Sequence record: MH051913
Reading direction: 5' to 3' (one strand)
DNA: 64,000 nt
From: Enterobacteria phage vB_EcoM_IME281
This document shows, one piece after another, positions 61,600-64,000 of the stretch (the stretch's first letter is position 1; the number at the start of each line of letters is the position of its first letter). A model generated the notes under the pieces. That model saw only the letters and a program-made list of their open reading frames with translations, was not told the origin of the DNA and did not search any database. A program made the position numbers and the translations under genes.

Positions 61600-63412
61600 T
61601 AATAAAATTGAAATGCTTTCAGATAAGGAACACGTTCTTAAGCGTCCTGGAATGTACATCGGAAGTGTATCATTTGAAGACCATGAACGATTTCTTTTCG
61701 GCGAGTTTACCAAAGTACGGTATGTAGCGGGTGTTCTTAAATTAGTTGATGAAATCATCGATAACTCAGTTGATGAAGCTATTCGTACTAATTTTAAGTT
61801 TGCCAACAAAATTTCAGTAAGCATTGATTTAAGTTCTAATAAGGTTACTGTAGAAGATAATGGCCGTGGTATTCCTCAAGCTCTAGTGGTTACTCCTGAA
61901 GGTGAAGAAATCCCAGGACCCGTCGCGGCTTGGACAAAAACCAAGGCAGGCGGTAACTTTGGTGATGACTCTGAACGTGTTACCGGTGGTCAAAACGGTG
62001 TCGGTTCCAGTTTAACAAATATATTCTCTGTGATGTTTACAGGCACAACTTCTGATGGTAAATCTGAACTTATTGTTAACTGCTCTAATAACGCTGAAAA
62101 CGTTTCTTGGAAATCAAAGCCATCTAAAACTAATGGAACCAAAGTAGAATTTGTACCTGATTTTAGCCACTTTGAAATGAACCAATTTGAAAAAATTTAT
62201 CAAGATATTACCATTGACCGACTTCAAACCTTAGCAGTCATTTATCCTGATATTGAATTTAAATTTAATGGTAAGAAAATCCAAGGGTCGTTTAAAAAAT
62301 ACGCCAAACAGTTCGACGAAGAGTGCATTATCCAAGAACAGGACAATTGTTCGATATCTATAGGACGCTCTCCTGATGGATTCCGACAATTAACGTACGT
62401 GAACAATATTCATACTAAAAACGGTGGTCACCACGTTGAATGTGTTATGGATGATATTTGTGACGAGCTTATCCCACAAATTAAGCGTAAGTTTAAAATT
62501 GAAGTAACCAAAGCCCGTATTAAAGAATGTTTAACGATGCTGATGTTTGTGCGAAGCATGAAAAATATGCGATTCGATTCCCAGACTAAAGAACGTCTAA
62601 CATCGCCGTATGGTGAAATTCGTTCGCATATTCAGTTAGATTCTAAAAAACTAGCTAAATCCATATTAGCTAATGAAGCTGTGTTGATGCCTATTATTGA
62701 GGCTGCATTAGCACGTAAGCTCGCTGCTGAAAAGGCTGCCGAAACAAAAGCTGCTAAGAAAGCTTTGAAAGCCAAGGTCCATAAGCATATTAAAGCCAAT
62801 ATGTATGGCAAAGATGCTGATACGACTTTATTCCTTACGGAAGGTGATTCTGCAATGGGTCCTTTCATTGAAGTTCGTAATAAAGACCTCCAAGGTGGTT
62901 ATCCGTTACGCGGAAAGGTTATGAATACCTGGGGTATGACTGCTGCCGATATCATGAAGAACAAAGAATTGTTTGATATCTGTGCAATCACTGGACTGGT
63001 TATTGGTGAACCTGCAGATAAAACCAACTATCGTAATATCGCTATCATGACTGACGCCGATGTGGATGGTACTGGTTCGATTTATCCTTCGTTATTAGCT
63101 TTCTTTAGTCAGTGGCCGGAATTGTTTGAACAGGGACGAATTCGTTTCTGTAAGACTCCTGTAATCATTGCTCAGGTTGGTAAAGAACAGGAATGGTTCT
63201 ATGATGTACCTAGTTATACCAAAGCTAAGGACTCTCTACCTAAGCATTCTATTCGTTATATTAAAGGACTCGGTTCTCTTGAGAAGGCTGAATACCGTCG
63301 AATGATTCAAGACCCTAAATTCGATGTAGTTCAATTACCTGAAGATTGGAAAGACCAGTTCGAAATGCTCCTTGGAAACGACCCACAGCTGCGTAAGGCT
63401 TGGATGTCATAA
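61592..63412 (+). CDS. 39: DNA topoisomerase II large subunit (gp39 fused with gp60 region; GyrB-like ATPase + TOPRIM)
   Basis: GHKL ATPase motifs (EDNGRGIP, GGQNGVGSS), TOPRIM EGDSA; 606 aa continuous ORF. Confidence 0.93.
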   Translation: MIDNKIEMLSDKEHVLKRPGMYIGSVSFEDHERFLFGEFTKVRYVAGVLKLVDEIIDNSVDEAIRTNFKFANKISVSIDLSSNKVTVEDNGRGIPQALVVTPEGEEIPGPVAAWTKTKAGGNFGDDSERVTGGQNGVGSSLTNIFSVMFTGTTSDGKSELIVNCSNNAENVSWKSKPSKTNGTKVEFVPDFSHFEMNQFEKIYQDITIDRLQTLAVIYPDIEFKFNGKKIQGSFKKYAKQFDEECIIQEQDNCSISIGRSPDGFRQLTYVNNIHTKNGGHHVECVMDDICDELIPQIKRKFKIEVTKARIKECLTMLMFVRSMKNMRFDSQTKERLTSPYGEIRSHIQLDSKKLAKSILANEAVLMPIIEAALARKLAAEKAAETKAAKKALKAKVHKHIKANMYGKDADTTLFLTEGDSAMGPFIEVRNKDLQGGYPLRGKVMNTWGMTAADIMKNKELFDICAITGLVIGEPADKTNYRNIAIMTDADVDGTGSIYPSLLAFFSQWPELFEQGRIRFCKTPVIIAQVGKEQEWFYDVPSYTKAKDSLPKHSIRYIKGLGSLEKAEYRRMIQDPKFDVVQLPEDWKDQFEMLLGNDPQLRKAWMS

Positions 63413-63454
63413 TAAATACGTACGGTACATGAGTACCGTATAAAAGGAGACTTT

Positions 63455-63616
63455 ATGAGAAAGTACTGGGTTACGCTCGTCACAGGTGAATATGGTTATC
63501 TCTGGACAGATACACGTCCTCTTTTTGCCGAGTACGTTACTATCACAGTTGAAACATGGGACGGCGAAGTTTACCAAACCCGTGGTCAAGTTTATAGAGT
63601 CGATTCAAGCAACTAA
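63455..63616 (+). CDS. hypothetical small protein
   Basis: 53-codon ORF with AAGGAG SD, terminator downstream. Confidence 0.45.
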   Translation: MRKYWVTLVTGEYGYLWTDTRPLFAEYVTITVETWDGEVYQTRGQVYRVDSSN

Positions 63617-63620
63617 TTAA

Positions 63621-63638
63621 GGGCCGCAAGGCCCTTTT
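63621..63638 (+). terminator. intrinsic terminator
   Basis: GGGCC-gcaa-GGCCC then TTTT. Confidence 0.65.
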
Positions 63639-63642
63639 CGGG

Positions 63643-63672
63643 GTTTACAACAGATTAAAAGTGTGATACGAT
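63643..63672 (+). promoter_or_regulatory. early promoter
   Basis: GTTTAC-N18-TACGAT with TG. Confidence 0.5.
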
Positions 63673-63690
63673 TCTCTAAGAGGTGAGAAT

Positions 63691-64000
63691 ATGATTATGC
63701 AAGATAATAGTATAGTGAACACTGACAACTTGGCTTTGTCTTTTATGGAGACGGCAATTCGCAATTGTAAAGACGAAGGAGTAGTGATTACAAGCGGCAA
63801 GGGACTAGAATATCTCAAGGCTGTAAAATCTATTGCCTTAAAGATTAAAGATAACCAGGCGCTCTCTCCTATTGTCCAGGAAAAGGTTCTAGAGATATTG
63901 TATCGCCACAGAGAGCACAAAAGTACAATGGGTTCTATGAGAAGAATTCTGGCTGAACTGGGTTCTACCAGAGAATATGTTCAACATGAGGTAGTTAAAA
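63691..64000 (+). CDS. hypothetical protein (5' part, runs off window)
   Basis: ORF after early promoter and GAGGTGAGAATATG context; no stop before window end. Confidence 0.5.
   Translation, partial: MIMQDNSIVNTDNLALSFMETAIRNCKDEGVVITSGKGLEYLKAVKSIALKIKDNQALSPIVQEKVLEILYRHREHKSTMGSMRRILAELGSTREYVQHEVVK

Noticed and set aside
1-64000. CRISPR arrays, integrase/transposase genes, rRNA or tRNA genes
   Set aside because: No spacer-repeat periodicity, no recombinase-like ORFs and no tRNA/rRNA signatures seen; the only mobile genes are the two homing endonucleases.

Overview
The window is a contiguous 64 kb stretch of the early/middle region of a T4-like myovirus (Tevenvirinae; the DNA polymerase looks closest to RB69-type phages), given as the reverse complement of the conventional T4 map so that almost every gene is on the + strand. 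Everything below is from reading the sequence and the supplied ORF translations by eye; no searches were run. Recognisable core genes in order: nudE, e (lysozyme), two internal-protein genes flanking denV, regB, tk, rI, nrdC, 49 (endonuclease VII), 55 (late sigma factor), 47, 46, 45, 44, 62, regA, 43 (DNA polymerase), an imm-like gene, a divergent 42-like dCMP hydroxymethylase, uvsX, 41, 61, 56, soc, two ModA/ModB-like ADP-ribosyltransferases, dda, dexA and a fused 39+60 topoisomerase subunit. Between these lie about 90 small accessory ORFs, about 20 copies of a conserved early-promoter/stem-loop cassette, four canonical TATAAATA late promoters, UUCG-loop intrinsic terminators, and two free-standing homing endonuclease genes (HNH on the - strand, GIY-YIG on the + strand). 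The strongest candidate for a novel system is a cassette at 39707-43881 (sugar nucleotidyltransferase-kinase fusion, HAD phosphatase, P-loop kinase, divergent hydroxymethylase, unassigned 297-aa protein) sitting where T4 carries beta-glucosyltransferase. Other leads are a five-gene tandem paralog family at 129-1371, a macrodomain protein, a nucleotidyltransferase + ATPase pair, and three tandem 8-codon mini-ORFs. I found no tRNA, rRNA, CRISPR array, integrase or transposase.
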